The notes: a model not told the origin generated them from the letters alone. A stretch of DNA of 62,212 nt from Acidiferrobacterales bacterium (GCA_919902925.1 CAKKRZ010000068.1:3267-65478); one strand, 5' to 3'. Numbered from the stretch's first letter, positions 8,194-18,330 are shown. Program-made: numbers and translations.

Positions 8194-10320
8194 ATGGAGG
8201 CTATTCAACTCAAGGCCCGCCCCTCGGATACCCTCGACGTCCCCCTGCAGCCGGCCTCTTATGATATTTGGGACAAAAAGTACCGTCTCAAGACCAAGAC
8301 CGGCGTACCCGTCGACCAAAGCATTGAAGATACCTACCGCCGTATCGCCCGCGCCCTGGCCGATGTTGAGCCCGCCGCCGAGCAACGCGAGCACTGGTAT
8401 GGGCGTTTCCTGTGGGCGCTGCAACGCGGCGCCATTCCGGCCGGACGCGTCACCTCCAACGCCGGTGCCCAGGCACACAAGCCGGCCACCTCCACCATTA
8501 ACTGCACGGTTTCCCGCACGGTGCCCGACTCCATGGACGGCATCCTGCGCTCGGTGCACGAAGCCGGCCTGACGCTCAAGGCCGGCTGCGGCATCGGTTA
8601 CGAGTTCTCTACCCTCCGCCCCAAAGGGGCGTTTGTGAGCGGGGCCGGAGCGCACACCTCCGGCCCCCTCTCTTTTATGGATATTTTCAATGCCATGTGC
8701 TTTACCGTGTCCTCGGCCGGTGGCCGGCGCGGCGCGCAGATGGGCACCTTCGACATCGCCCACCCGGACATCCTGGACTTCATCCGCGCCAAGCGTGACG
8801 ACGGCCGGCTGCGCCAGTTCAACCTCTCCTGCCTGATCACCGATGAATTCGTGCGGGCCGTCAAGGACGATCAGCCCTGGGAACTGGTGTTCCCGGCCAA
8901 TACCCACGAATACGAGGATGCCGACAGCAAGATCGTCTGGCGCTACTGGCCGAGGACCGAAGGCTACATCACCGACCAGGTCGGCCGGGTCGCCTGCAAG
9001 GTCTACAAGACCCTGCCGGCGCGACGGCTGTGGGACCTGATCATGGCCTCCACCTACGACTACGCCGAGCCGGGCTTTATCCTGATCGACAAGATCAACG
9101 AGATGAACAACAACTGGTGGTGCGAAAACATCCGCGCCACCAACCCGTGCGGCGAACAACCGCTGCCGCCCTACGGCTCCTGCCTGCTGGGCTCGGTCAA
9201 CCTGACCAAATTTGTGGTCGAGCCGTTTACCGAACGCGCGCGCTTCGACTGGGAGCAGTATCGCCAGGTCGTGGCCGTCTTTACGCGCATGCTCGACAAC
9301 GTGGTCGAGATCAACGGCCTGCCGCTGGAACAGCAGCGCCACGAGATTACCCACAAACGCCGTCACGGCATGGGTTTCCTGGGCCTGGGTTCGACCATGA
9401 CCATGCTCACGATGAAGTACGGCTCGCCCGAGTCGCTGGTGTTCACCGATCAGGTGGCGCACGAGATGGCCAAGGTCGGCTGGGAGATCGGTATTGAACT
9501 GGCCCTCGAGAAGGGACCGGCGCCGATCATGGAGGAGGAGTTCACGGTCACCGAGGAAATGCTCGCCCGTCGCCCCGAGATGCGCCGTCACGGCCACAAA
9601 GCCGGCGATCGTCTCAAGGGCAAGGTGCTGCTGGCGAAGTACAGCCGCTACCTGCAGCAATTCCCGGATGAGCTCACCGACCGCCTGGCCGAGTCGGGCT
9701 GCCGCTACACCCACCACACTTCGATTGCCCCGACCGGCACGATCTCGCTATCGCTGGCCAACAATGCCAGCAATGGCATTGAACCGTCATTCGCCCACAA
9801 ATACAGCCGCAATGTGCTGCGCGAGGGGAAGAAGAGCAAGGAGAAGGTCGAGGTGTTCTCCTTCGAGCTGCAGGCCTTCCGCACCCTGGTCAACCCGGAC
9901 GCCGACCCGGACGCAACCGAGGCCGATAACAGCTTGCCGGACTACTTCATCAGCGCGGATACCGTCTCCCCGACCCAGCACGTCGATGTGCAGGCGGCGG
10001 CCCAGAAATGGGTGGATTCCTCGATTTCCAAGACCGCCAACGTGCCCACCGACTTCCCGTACGAGGATTTCAAGAACATCTACATGTACGCCTACGACAA
10101 GGGCCTGAAAGGCTGCACCACCTTTCGCTTCAACCCGGCCGCCTTCCAGGGCGTGTTGGTCAAAGACAAGGACCTGGAAAATACCCTCTACCGTTTTCAG
10201 CTCGACAACGGCGAGATCGTGGAGGTCAAGGGCAACGAGGAGATCGAATACGACGGCGAGCAGCACACCGCCGCCAATCTTTACGATGCACTGAAAGAAG
10301 GTTATTACGGACGCTTCTGA
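8194..10320 (+). CDS. nrdJa: Class II (adenosylcobalamin-dependent) ribonucleotide reductase, large N-terminal polypeptide
   Basis: 708 aa. Has the TNPCGEQPLPPYGSCLLGSVNL active-site loop and general class II RNR-like sequence. GGAGAG lies upstream of the ATG. Confidence 0.9.
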   Translation: MEAIQLKARPSDTLDVPLQPASYDIWDKKYRLKTKTGVPVDQSIEDTYRRIARALADVEPAAEQREHWYGRFLWALQRGAIPAGRVTSNAGAQAHKPATSTINCTVSRTVPDSMDGILRSVHEAGLTLKAGCGIGYEFSTLRPKGAFVSGAGAHTSGPLSFMDIFNAMCFTVSSAGGRRGAQMGTFDIAHPDILDFIRAKRDDGRLRQFNLSCLITDEFVRAVKDDQPWELVFPANTHEYEDADSKIVWRYWPRTEGYITDQVGRVACKVYKTLPARRLWDLIMASTYDYAEPGFILIDKINEMNNNWWCENIRATNPCGEQPLPPYGSCLLGSVNLTKFVVEPFTERARFDWEQYRQVVAVFTRMLDNVVEINGLPLEQQRHEITHKRRHGMGFLGLGSTMTMLTMKYGSPESLVFTDQVAHEMAKVGWEIGIELALEKGPAPIMEEEFTVTEEMLARRPEMRRHGHKAGDRLKGKVLLAKYSRYLQQFPDELTDRLAESGCRYTHHTSIAPTGTISLSLANNASNGIEPSFAHKYSRNVLREGKKSKEKVEVFSFELQAFRTLVNPDADPDATEADNSLPDYFISADTVSPTQHVDVQAAAQKWVDSSISKTANVPTDFPYEDFKNIYMYAYDKGLKGCTTFRFNPAAFQGVLVKDKDLENTLYRFQLDNGEIVEVKGNEEIEYDGEQHTAANLYDALKEGYYGRF

Positions 10321-10355
10321 ACCGAAGCCGCCACCCCGATACGGAGCTAGCGATT

Positions 10356-11033
10356 ATGCCCATCAAGATTGAAAAGAAGATCACCGGCTACGAGGTGGTC
10401 AAGAAGGAAGAGCAGGCCGCCAAACCGGCCGATCACAACGTCGTGCACATGCACGAGCAAATCGGGCGGCCGGAGATGCTGCTTGGCTCGACCTATAAGC
10501 TCAAGACGCCGCTGACCGAACATGCGATGTACGTCACCGTCAACGACATCGTGCTGAACCAGGGCACGCCATACGAAAAACGCCGGCCGTTCGAGATATT
10601 CATCAACTCGAAGAGCATGGACCACTTCCAGTGGGTGGTGGCGCTGACGCGCGTCGTCTCCGCGGTGTTCCGCAAGGGCGGCGACGTCACCTTCCTGGTG
10701 GAAGAGCTGCGTTCGGTGTTCGATCCGCGCGGCGGCTACTTCAAGAAGGGGCGTTACACCCCGTCGCTGGTCGCCGAACTGGGCGACATCATTGAATGCC
10801 ACCTCAGAATGATCGGACTGATTTCCACCGAAGGCCTCGACGAACACCGTCAGAAGCTGCTGGCCGAGAAACGCGCCGATTACGATGCCCGCCAGAAGCT
10901 GGCCACCGGCGGCGACAGCGCCGGCAGTTTTCCGGCCGACGCATCGCTGTGCGGCAAGTGCTCAACCAAGGCCGTCATCAAGATGGATGGTTGCCTGACC
11001 TGCCTCAACTGCGGCGAATCGAAATGCGGATGA
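10356..11033 (+). CDS. nrdJb: Class II ribonucleotide reductase, C-terminal polypeptide with Cys-rich tail
   Basis: Starts at ATG 10356 (MPIKIEKKITGY), 36 nt after the nrdJa stop. Ends with CGKCSTKAVIKMDGCLTCLNCGESKCG. This matches the split NrdJa/NrdJb arrangement known in Pseudomonas aeruginosa. Confidence 0.85.
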   Translation: MPIKIEKKITGYEVVKKEEQAAKPADHNVVHMHEQIGRPEMLLGSTYKLKTPLTEHAMYVTVNDIVLNQGTPYEKRRPFEIFINSKSMDHFQWVVALTRVVSAVFRKGGDVTFLVEELRSVFDPRGGYFKKGRYTPSLVAELGDIIECHLRMIGLISTEGLDEHRQKLLAEKRADYDARQKLATGGDSAGSFPADASLCGKCSTKAVIKMDGCLTCLNCGESKCG

Positions 11034-11161
11034 CGATGACCGGTGCGCTGATTGCGTCGATTCAGATCACAGACGCGCGCGATGCGTCAAGAGGTGAGTC
11101 CGAGTCGATTAAAAATTCGTGCCAACATCGATTGCAATCCGTTTTCTTTTGGATTAAGGTG

Positions 11162-11190
11162 TTGACACATAACGGTGATGTGCTAAAAAT
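11162..11190 (+). promoter_or_regulatory. Strong sigma70-type promoter with extended -10 (TTGACA-16 nt-TGcTAAAAAT)
   Basis: TTGACA at 11162-11167 and TGCTAAAAAT at 11181-11190. No protein gene lies downstream for about 400 nt. Confidence 0.6.
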
Positions 11191-11196
11191 CACCAC

Positions 11197-11508
11197 AAGA
11201 TTCAAGGTTCAGCAGTCACCATGTTGAACCACACGATGTCCGGCAGTGCGGCGGCAGCCACTAAGGATCGCAATGCGAGTGACGACATCGTGAAACGGAA
11301 TCGAAATCAGAATCGAGGGTGATTTTGGATCGATTGCGAAGTCTGAAAGCTGAAACCAGGCGATCACGCCCGACCACCCGTTGGGGGGCTGTAGCCTCCC
11401 CGTCAGTGGTTCACCGTCGCACGGTGCCCAGTACCACTCTTCCAGTGCCCCTTCTTCCCTCCCCAGACCAGGACCAGCTGATAATGACGGCCTACCGTCA
11501 TTATTTTT
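11197..11508 (+). ncRNA. Candidate structured RNA (about 310 nt) of unknown family, or a long regulatory leader
   Basis: Bounded by the promoter above and a perfect terminator. Internal helices are visible: GGTTCA/TGAACC (11207-11230), CACGATGTC/GACATCGTG (11231-11291), CACCG/CGGTG (11412-11426). No credible ORF. Confidence 0.4.
11481..11508 (+). terminator. Intrinsic terminator / attenuator
   Basis: ATAATGACGG-CCTA-CCGTCATTAT forms a perfect 10-bp stem followed by TTTT. Confidence 0.75.
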
Positions 11509-11604
11509 CACCGGCGGTCATCGTGGCGGAGATCCAGAGCAGTACCGGCAGGGGGCTCACGCCCGCTGTCAATCGTCCAACCCACAACCCAACAGGAGCT
11601 CCCC

Positions 11605-11652
11605 ATGGCTAAGAAAAAAGCCAAGAAGAAAGCAGCGAAGAAGAAGAAGTAA
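11605..11652 (+). CDS. 15-codon lysine-rich micro-ORF (MAKKKAKKKAAKKKK)
   Basis: AGGAG at 11594-11598, 6 nt upstream of the ATG. 10 of 15 codons are AAG/AAA. Too short for the ORF track. Coding status is unproven. Confidence 0.35.
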   Translation: MAKKKAKKKAAKKKK

Positions 11653-11767
11653 CGAAACGGCGGGAGACTGCCTACGGTGAGCTGACAGTCATACGGTTGG
11701 CCACCGCGTCGGGGATCGGGGAACTGATCACCGGCTAAGGACAGAAATCCTGCCGTGTTTCGGACAA

Positions 11768-11818
11768 ACCGGTAACACCCGTAGTGCCTGTAAGCGTGCT
11801 GGTGTTGCCGGTTTTTTA
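11768..11818 (+). terminator. Intrinsic terminator
   Basis: ACCGGTAACACC ... GGTGTTGCCGGT forms a 12-bp stem with one G-U pair, followed by TTTTTTA. Confidence 0.7.
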
Positions 11819-11975
11819 TTGCCCGCGTTCCATCGTCCAACCCCGGTCCGCGGCAGCCACCGTACTTAATATAGATTGTCCCCGGCTACCGGCCCCCTGC
11901 CTAGTAAAATTCCTAAGTTACTGAAAAAGCAGGAAATAGAATAGTTCCAGGCCTGCCAATCCTCGCCCGGATCGT

Positions 11976-12764
<789 letters not shown>

Positions 12765-12785
12765 TTAACCCTACCCTGACCCCCA

Positions 12786-15014
12786 ATGCCCTCTTTCACC
12801 GACATTTCGCGGCTGACGGTACTGGCGATCGCCGGCCTCTGTCTGTTAGTCACGGCCACCGGATTGCGGGCCGACGATATCAGCAGCTGCCCCCTGGATT
12901 TCTGGGTCGAGAAGCCCAAGAAACCTCCGCGCCCCGCTCCTGGCACACCGTCCACGATCAGCGCCGACGAGGTCCGCGCTGAAGGCCAAGAGTGGGTGGA
13001 ATTCACGGGTAACGTCGAATTGCGTCGCGGGACGGAACGCCTTACCACCGAACATCTGCGCTACCACAAACCCACGGATACCGTGGAGGCCACCGGCACG
13101 GTCAGTTTTGAAACTGCCGCCAAAGAACGCTTCCAGACCAGCTCCCTGAAACTGAGAATCGAGGACGAAATCGGTGAAACCGGTACTGCCCGCTACAGCT
13201 TCGGACTGATCCCCGCGCGGGGAGAAGGCCGCAAAATCGAGTTCCTCGGTCCCGGGATAACCCGTCTGCACGATGTCACTTACACCACCTGCCCGGAAGG
13301 ACAGGACAGCTGGTTTCTGAAGGCCCGGCAGCTCGATATCGACAAGAACGAGCAGCTCGGCCGCGCCAGGGGCGTCCGCATTGATTTCATGGACGTCCCG
13401 ATCTTCTACCTTCCATACATGTATTTTCCGATTGGCAACCAGCGCCAAAGCGGCGCTCTGCCCCCGCGTATCGGGCATAGCAGCACCTTTGGAAGCTACC
13501 TGGAAATCCCGTACTACCTGAACCTGGCCCCGAATTACGATGACACCTTCACCCCCCGCTATATGACGAAGCGGGGATTGATGCTACGCAACGAGTTTCG
13601 GTACATGACCCAGAACAGCGAGGGCAGTTTCTCGCTGGAAGGCCTGCCGCGTGACCAGATGGCCAACGAGGAACGTTATGCGGGTTACTACCATCACCAG
13701 CAGAAACTGGATGCCCGCTGGTCGACCACCATCGACCTGCGCGGCGTATCGGACAAGCAATACCTGGCCGATTTCGGCGACCATATCAACATCACCAGCC
13801 AGACACACTTGCCGACCAATGCCGAACTCGTCTACCGGGGTCAACGGTGGATATTCACCACCCGCGTGTTGTCGTTCGAGACCATCGACACAACCATACC
13901 GGTCGCCGATAAACCCTACCAGCGCCTTCCCCAGTTGACGCTCGGACTCCAGCCCGGCGGTATAAAAAATGGCTGGCAGCCCCATTTCGACGGGGAATGG
14001 GTGAATTTCGACCGCCGCAATACCACGCTGACCGGGCTTCGCACCACGGCCCGGCCGGCGTTGAGTTACCCGCTCAGCAAGGCGTGGGGGCATTTCATTC
14101 CCAAGGCGGGGGCGCGCTATACGTCCTACAACCTGAACAATGCACCCGACCCGGCGCCGTCACTGGCGCGCGGCTTTGCCAGCCTCGATACCGGCCTGGC
14201 CTTCGTGCGCGACACCAGTTACTGGGGTCGGGCCTACCAGCAGACCCTGGAACCGCGTTTGTACTACCTGTATGTCCCGGCCAAGAACCAGAATCACCTG
14301 CCGGTGTTCGATACTGCACTCGCCGATTTCAATTTCGACAGCCTGTTCCGCGAAAACCGTTTCACGGGCGGTGACCGGATCGGCGATGCCAACCAGCTGA
14401 CGTTGGCGGTCACCAGCCGTTTCCTGGACGATCGTGACGGTCATGAACGCCTGAGACTCTCCCTCGGGCAAATTTTTTATTATGCCGACCAGACGGTCAG
14501 CTTGCCGAACGGGATCGGGGTCGATAACCGCAACGACTCGGACCTGGTCGGCGATATGATCCTGTGGCTACCCAGCCATTGGTACATGCGACTCTCCGCA
14601 CAGTACGACCCGCGCAGCGATCGCGCCCAGAAGGAGAGCCTTACCTTTCAGTACCAACCCGACCGGCGGCGGATCGTGAACCTCGGTTACCGGTTTGTTC
14701 GCGACCAGGTCGGCCAGAGCGACATCTCGGTGGAATGGCCGATTGCCGGACGCTGGACGGCCCGGGCCCGAACGCTCTATTCCTTCCGGGATGACCGGAA
14801 CCTCGATTCCTACCTGGGCGCCGAATACAACGCCTGTTGCTGGGCGGCGCGCGTCTATGCCTACCGCCGATACGATGACACACGGGGCGCCGTCAATGGC
14901 ATTCATTTCGAGTTCCAGCTCGCCGGTCTGAGCAAATACGGTAAGGTGCCGGAAAGCCCGCTCAACCAAAGCTTGTTCAGTTTCCCAGCCCCCGCCAGCG
15001 CGCCCAAAGAGTGA
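12786..15014 (+). CDS. lptD: LPS-assembly outer membrane protein LptD
   Basis: 742 aa with a signal peptide and an OstA-like N-terminus plus a large beta-barrel. Sits in the conserved lptD-surA-pdxA-rsmA order. Confidence 0.9.
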   Translation: MPSFTDISRLTVLAIAGLCLLVTATGLRADDISSCPLDFWVEKPKKPPRPAPGTPSTISADEVRAEGQEWVEFTGNVELRRGTERLTTEHLRYHKPTDTVEATGTVSFETAAKERFQTSSLKLRIEDEIGETGTARYSFGLIPARGEGRKIEFLGPGITRLHDVTYTTCPEGQDSWFLKARQLDIDKNEQLGRARGVRIDFMDVPIFYLPYMYFPIGNQRQSGALPPRIGHSSTFGSYLEIPYYLNLAPNYDDTFTPRYMTKRGLMLRNEFRYMTQNSEGSFSLEGLPRDQMANEERYAGYYHHQQKLDARWSTTIDLRGVSDKQYLADFGDHINITSQTHLPTNAELVYRGQRWIFTTRVLSFETIDTTIPVADKPYQRLPQLTLGLQPGGIKNGWQPHFDGEWVNFDRRNTTLTGLRTTARPALSYPLSKAWGHFIPKAGARYTSYNLNNAPDPAPSLARGFASLDTGLAFVRDTSYWGRAYQQTLEPRLYYLYVPAKNQNHLPVFDTALADFNFDSLFRENRFTGGDRIGDANQLTLAVTSRFLDDRDGHERLRLSLGQIFYYADQTVSLPNGIGVDNRNDSDLVGDMILWLPSHWYMRLSAQYDPRSDRAQKESLTFQYQPDRRRIVNLGYRFVRDQVGQSDISVEWPIAGRWTARARTLYSFRDDRNLDSYLGAEYNACCWAARVYAYRRYDDTRGAVNGIHFEFQLAGLSKYGKVPESPLNQSLFSFPAPASAPKE

Positions 15015-15052
15015 TACGTGGTATCCTAGCGGCCGTTCGTTCGCACCCGCCC

Positions 15053-16360
15053 ATGTCCGTTTCCGCGTTCCCCCTTCAACCCATGCTCCGGCTGCTGGCC
15101 GTGCTGGCCTGTCTGCTGGCCGGCGCCGTAGCGGCGGCCGAGGCCACGGATGCGCTCGACCGCATCGTGGCGGTCGTCAACGACGACGTCATCACCCTGG
15201 CGCAACTGCGCGAGCGCGTGCAGGCGGCCCGGCGCCAGATCGTCCTCGAGAAGATCGCACCGCCGGCGGACGACGTGCTGCAGAAACAGATCCTCGAGCG
15301 GCTGATCCTGGAACGCCTTCAGTTGCAGCTGGCCGAAAAATCCGGCCTGCAGCTCAGCGATGCCGATGTCGAGCGCGCCATCGAGGGCATCGCCGGCCGC
15401 AACAAGATGACGGTTGCGGCCCTGCGCGAACGCATGAAGAAAGAGGGCATCGATCCCGCCCTGCACCGGGCCCAGGTGCGCACCCAGATACTCATCGAAC
15501 AGCTGGTCGACCGCGAGGTGCGCAGCCGTGTCAGCGTAACCGACAGCGAGATCGACGGCTTCCTCGCCGGTCTGTCCGACGTCACGGAGTACCGGCTCTC
15601 GCACATCTTTCTGTCGCTGCCGGAATCGGCCACGCCGGCGACCATTGAGGCGGCACGCAAACGCGCCGACGAACTCGTGGCCAAACTGCGGGCCGGCGGC
15701 AACTTCCAGCAACTCGCCGTCGCCCATTCCCAGGCCCCGGATGCCCTGCAGGGTGGACACATCGGCTGGAAGAAGCCCGGCCAGTTGCCGGACCTGTTCG
15801 TCGTCGCCCTCAAGACGCTGAGCCCGGGCGGGGTCAGCGATGTCCTGCGCAGCCCGAACGGATTTCATGTCCTCAAACTGCACGAGAGCCGCGGCGGACC
15901 CTCGCTGCAACCGGTCCGGCAGACGCGCGCGCGTCACATCCTGCTGCGCACCAGCGAAATTCTCTCGGCCGACGAGGCGCGCCAGCGCCTGCTGGCCCTG
16001 CGCGGGCGCATCGAGCACGGCGAGGATTTCGCCGTCCTGGCCCGCGCCCATTCCGAAGACCCGGGATCGGCGACGCGCGGCGGCGATCTGGGCTGGATGG
16101 CGCCGGGCCAACTGGTCCCGGAATTCCAGCGGGCGATGGACGCCCTCAAACCCGGCGAGCTGAGCGCACCGGTGCAGTCGTCCTATGGCCTGCACCTGAT
16201 CCAGGTCATGGAACGCCGCGAGCAGGGTACCAACGCCGAGCGCCTGCGCAACGCCGCACGCACGCAATTGCACATGCGCAAGGCCGACGAACGCTATCGC
16301 CAGTGGGTGCGGCAGCTGCGCGACGAGGCCTACGTCGAAACCCACCTCGACACCCCTTGA
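15053..16360 (+). CDS. surA: Periplasmic chaperone / peptidyl-prolyl isomerase SurA
   Basis: Signal peptide MLRLLAVLACLLAGAVAAAEA and two parvulin domains (HILL..., GGDLGW). Start is uncertain (15053 or 15083). Confidence 0.9.
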   Translation: MSVSAFPLQPMLRLLAVLACLLAGAVAAAEATDALDRIVAVVNDDVITLAQLRERVQAARRQIVLEKIAPPADDVLQKQILERLILERLQLQLAEKSGLQLSDADVERAIEGIAGRNKMTVAALRERMKKEGIDPALHRAQVRTQILIEQLVDREVRSRVSVTDSEIDGFLAGLSDVTEYRLSHIFLSLPESATPATIEAARKRADELVAKLRAGGNFQQLAVAHSQAPDALQGGHIGWKKPGQLPDLFVVALKTLSPGGVSDVLRSPNGFHVLKLHESRGGPSLQPVRQTRARHILLRTSEILSADEARQRLLALRGRIEHGEDFAVLARAHSEDPGSATRGGDLGWMAPGQLVPEFQRAMDALKPGELSAPVQSSYGLHLIQVMERREQGTNAERLRNAARTQLHMRKADERYRQWVRQLRDEAYVETHLDTP

Positions 16361-16413
16361 CCGGCCACCAACCGGTTTTTGCCACACCCCGGCCTTTGCG
16401 GTGAAATGCCGTC

Positions 16414-17409
16414 ATGCCGACCTTCCCGGTCATTGCCATTACCCCCGGCGAGCCCGCCGGCATCGGTCCCGACCTGTGCGTGGGGCTCAAACCTCCACGC
16501 GATGCCGCACTGGTGCTGGTGGCCGATCCGGCCATCCTGCGGGAACGCGCCCGCGAACTGAACCGGCCATTCGAATTTCACGCCTGGCCCGGGCGCGCGC
16601 TGGCCGAGCCACGCCTGTACGTGCTGGCCATTCCGTCCCCGCGGCCGGTCAGCCCCGGGCAACTCGACCCGGGCAATGCCCGCTATGTGCTGGCCACGCT
16701 GGCGCGCGCGGCCAATGGCTGCCTGGCCGGGGAATTTGACGCGCTCGTTACCGGACCCGTGCACAAGGGCGCGATCAACGACGCCGGGCTGCCGTTTACC
16801 GGCCACACCGAATTCCTGGCGGATCGGGCCGGCGGGAAACCGGTGGTCATGATGCTGGCCGCCCCGGGCCTGCGCGTGGCGCTTGCCACCACCCACCTGC
16901 CGCTGGCCGAGGTGCCGCGCGCGATCACGCGCGAGCGGCTCACCACCGTGCTGCGCGTACTGCAGGCCGACCTGATTGTCCGATTCGGGATCGTCCGGCC
17001 GCGCATCCGGGTGCTGGGGCTCAACCCGCACGCCGGCGAGGGCGGCCATTTGGGGCGCGAAGAGATCGACGTGATCGAGCCGGTGATCCGGCAGCTGCGC
17101 GGGGAAGGCATGCAACTCGAAGGGCCGGTGCCGGCCGACACCGCCTTTCTGCCCGACACGCTGGCCGAAGCCGACGCCGTGCTCGCCCTGTACCACGACC
17201 AGGGCCTGCCGGTGCTCAAACACCACGACTTCGCCCATGCCGTGAACATCACCCTCGGATTGCCCTTTGTGCGCACCTCGGTCGATCACGGCACGGCGCT
17301 GGAGCTGGCCGGCACCGGCCGCGCCGATCCTTCAAGTCTGATCGCCGCGATTGAACTGGCCTGTAATATTGCTGGAACGCAGATGAACGCAGATTCCAAA
17401 AGGAGATGA
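16414..17409 (+). CDS. pdxA: 4-hydroxythreonine-4-phosphate dehydrogenase PdxA
   Basis: GHTEFLA, NPHAGEGGHLG and HGTA motifs. The last ~10 codons and the stop lie inside a repeat element. Confidence 0.9.
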   Translation: MPTFPVIAITPGEPAGIGPDLCVGLKPPRDAALVLVADPAILRERARELNRPFEFHAWPGRALAEPRLYVLAIPSPRPVSPGQLDPGNARYVLATLARAANGCLAGEFDALVTGPVHKGAINDAGLPFTGHTEFLADRAGGKPVVMMLAAPGLRVALATTHLPLAEVPRAITRERLTTVLRVLQADLIVRFGIVRPRIRVLGLNPHAGEGGHLGREEIDVIEPVIRQLRGEGMQLEGPVPADTAFLPDTLAEADAVLALYHDQGLPVLKHHDFAHAVNITLGLPFVRTSVDHGTALELAGTGRADPSSLIAAIELACNIAGTQMNADSKRR

Positions 17410-17541
17410 ACGCAGATTTCCCCTGGTATTACCCACCGGACGAACATCTGCGTTTATCTGCGCTCGGTTATCCGCGATGAACAGGGACGTTCGAGTGCTG
17501 AGAGCGCAGGATGCGCAAGAACAGCCGTTCATCTGCGTTTC
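17374..17541. repeat. Hairpin-forming repeat element built from AACGCAGAT / ATCTGCGTT units
   Basis: Forward copies lie at about 17376, 17386 and 17409. Inverted copies lie at about 17445, 17455 and 17530. It fills the pdxA-rsmA gap. Confidence 0.75.
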
Positions 17542-17550
17542 AATAGCCAT

Positions 17551-18330
17551 ATGACACTATTCCAGCCCCGCAAGCGCTTCGGCCAGCATTTCCTGCGCGA
17601 GCGCGGCGTCATCGAGCGCATCCTGCATGCCCTCAATCTGCAAGCCGACGACATCGTGGTCGAGATCGGACCCGGCCGCGGTGCGCTGACGCGCGGGCTG
17701 GTCGGTCGCGTCGCCGAGCTGCACGTGGTTGAGCTCGATCGCGACCTGGTCGAATTTCTGCGTCGCGAATTTTCTCCGTCGCAGCTGACTGTGCACAGCG
17801 CCGATGCCCTGCGCTTCGATTTCCGCCCCCTGTCCCACGACCAGCGGCGCCTGCGCATCATCGGCAACCTGCCGTACAACATCTCCACCCCGCTGCTCTT
17901 CCATCTGCTCGACCAGGTGGAGGTCGTCCAGGATATGCTGTTCATGCTGCAAAAAGAGGTGGTCGAGCGCATGGCCGCCGGCCCCGGTGGCAAGGACTAC
18001 GGGCGCCTCTCGGTCATGATCCAGTGGCGTGCCCAGGTCGAGAAACTGTTCAACGTGCCGCCGGGCGCCTTCACGCCGCCGCCGCGGGTCGACTCCAGCG
18101 TCGTGCGCCTCGTCCCCCACGCCACGCCACCGGTGACGGTGACCGATCCGGGGCGATTTGCGCTCACCGTGCAGGCCGCCTTCGCCCACCGGCGCAAGAC
18201 GCTGCGCAATACCCTCAAGGGTCTGGTGGACGAATCCGGGTTCGCCCGGGCCGGCATTGACCCCGTGCGCCGGGCCGAAACCCTGACGCTGGCCGAGTTT
18301 GCACGCCTGGCCTGCCAAGTGACCGGATAA
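17551..18330 (+). CDS. rsmA: 16S rRNA (adenine1518/1519-N6)-dimethyltransferase
   Basis: FGQHFL, VVEIGPGRGALT and GNLPYNISTP motifs. Conserved position after pdxA. Confidence 0.92.
   Translation: MTLFQPRKRFGQHFLRERGVIERILHALNLQADDIVVEIGPGRGALTRGLVGRVAELHVVELDRDLVEFLRREFSPSQLTVHSADALRFDFRPLSHDQRRLRIIGNLPYNISTPLLFHLLDQVEVVQDMLFMLQKEVVERMAAGPGGKDYGRLSVMIQWRAQVEKLFNVPPGAFTPPPRVDSSVVRLVPHATPPVTVTDPGRFALTVQAAFAHRRKTLRNTLKGLVDESGFARAGIDPVRRAETLTLAEFARLACQVTG

Noticed and set aside
10008-10355. N-terminal extension of the nrdJb ORF (track start 10008)
   Set aside because: It overlaps the nrdJa coding region in another frame and gives R/P/G-rich nonsense. The NrdJb-like sequence begins at ATG 10356, right after the nrdJa stop.
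11197-11508. Known RNA families (tmRNA, RNase P RNA, second 6S RNA, cobalamin/lysine/fluoride riboswitch, RsmY/Z-type sRNA)
   Set aside because: None of the conserved sequence signatures I can recall are present: the tmRNA GGGGCUGAUUCUGGAUUCGAC 5' end and tRNA-like 3' end, the RNase P GGAAAGUCCGGGCUCC, the B12 box, or the GacA upstream box. Only an Infernal/Rfam search can settle this.
11209-11840. Minus-strand ORFs 11209-11511 and 11508-11840, and plus-strand ORFs 11319-11680, in the nrdJ-murU gap
   Set aside because: They have no motifs, odd composition and no RBS, and they run through two plus-strand terminator hairpins. The region is better explained as noncoding RNA.
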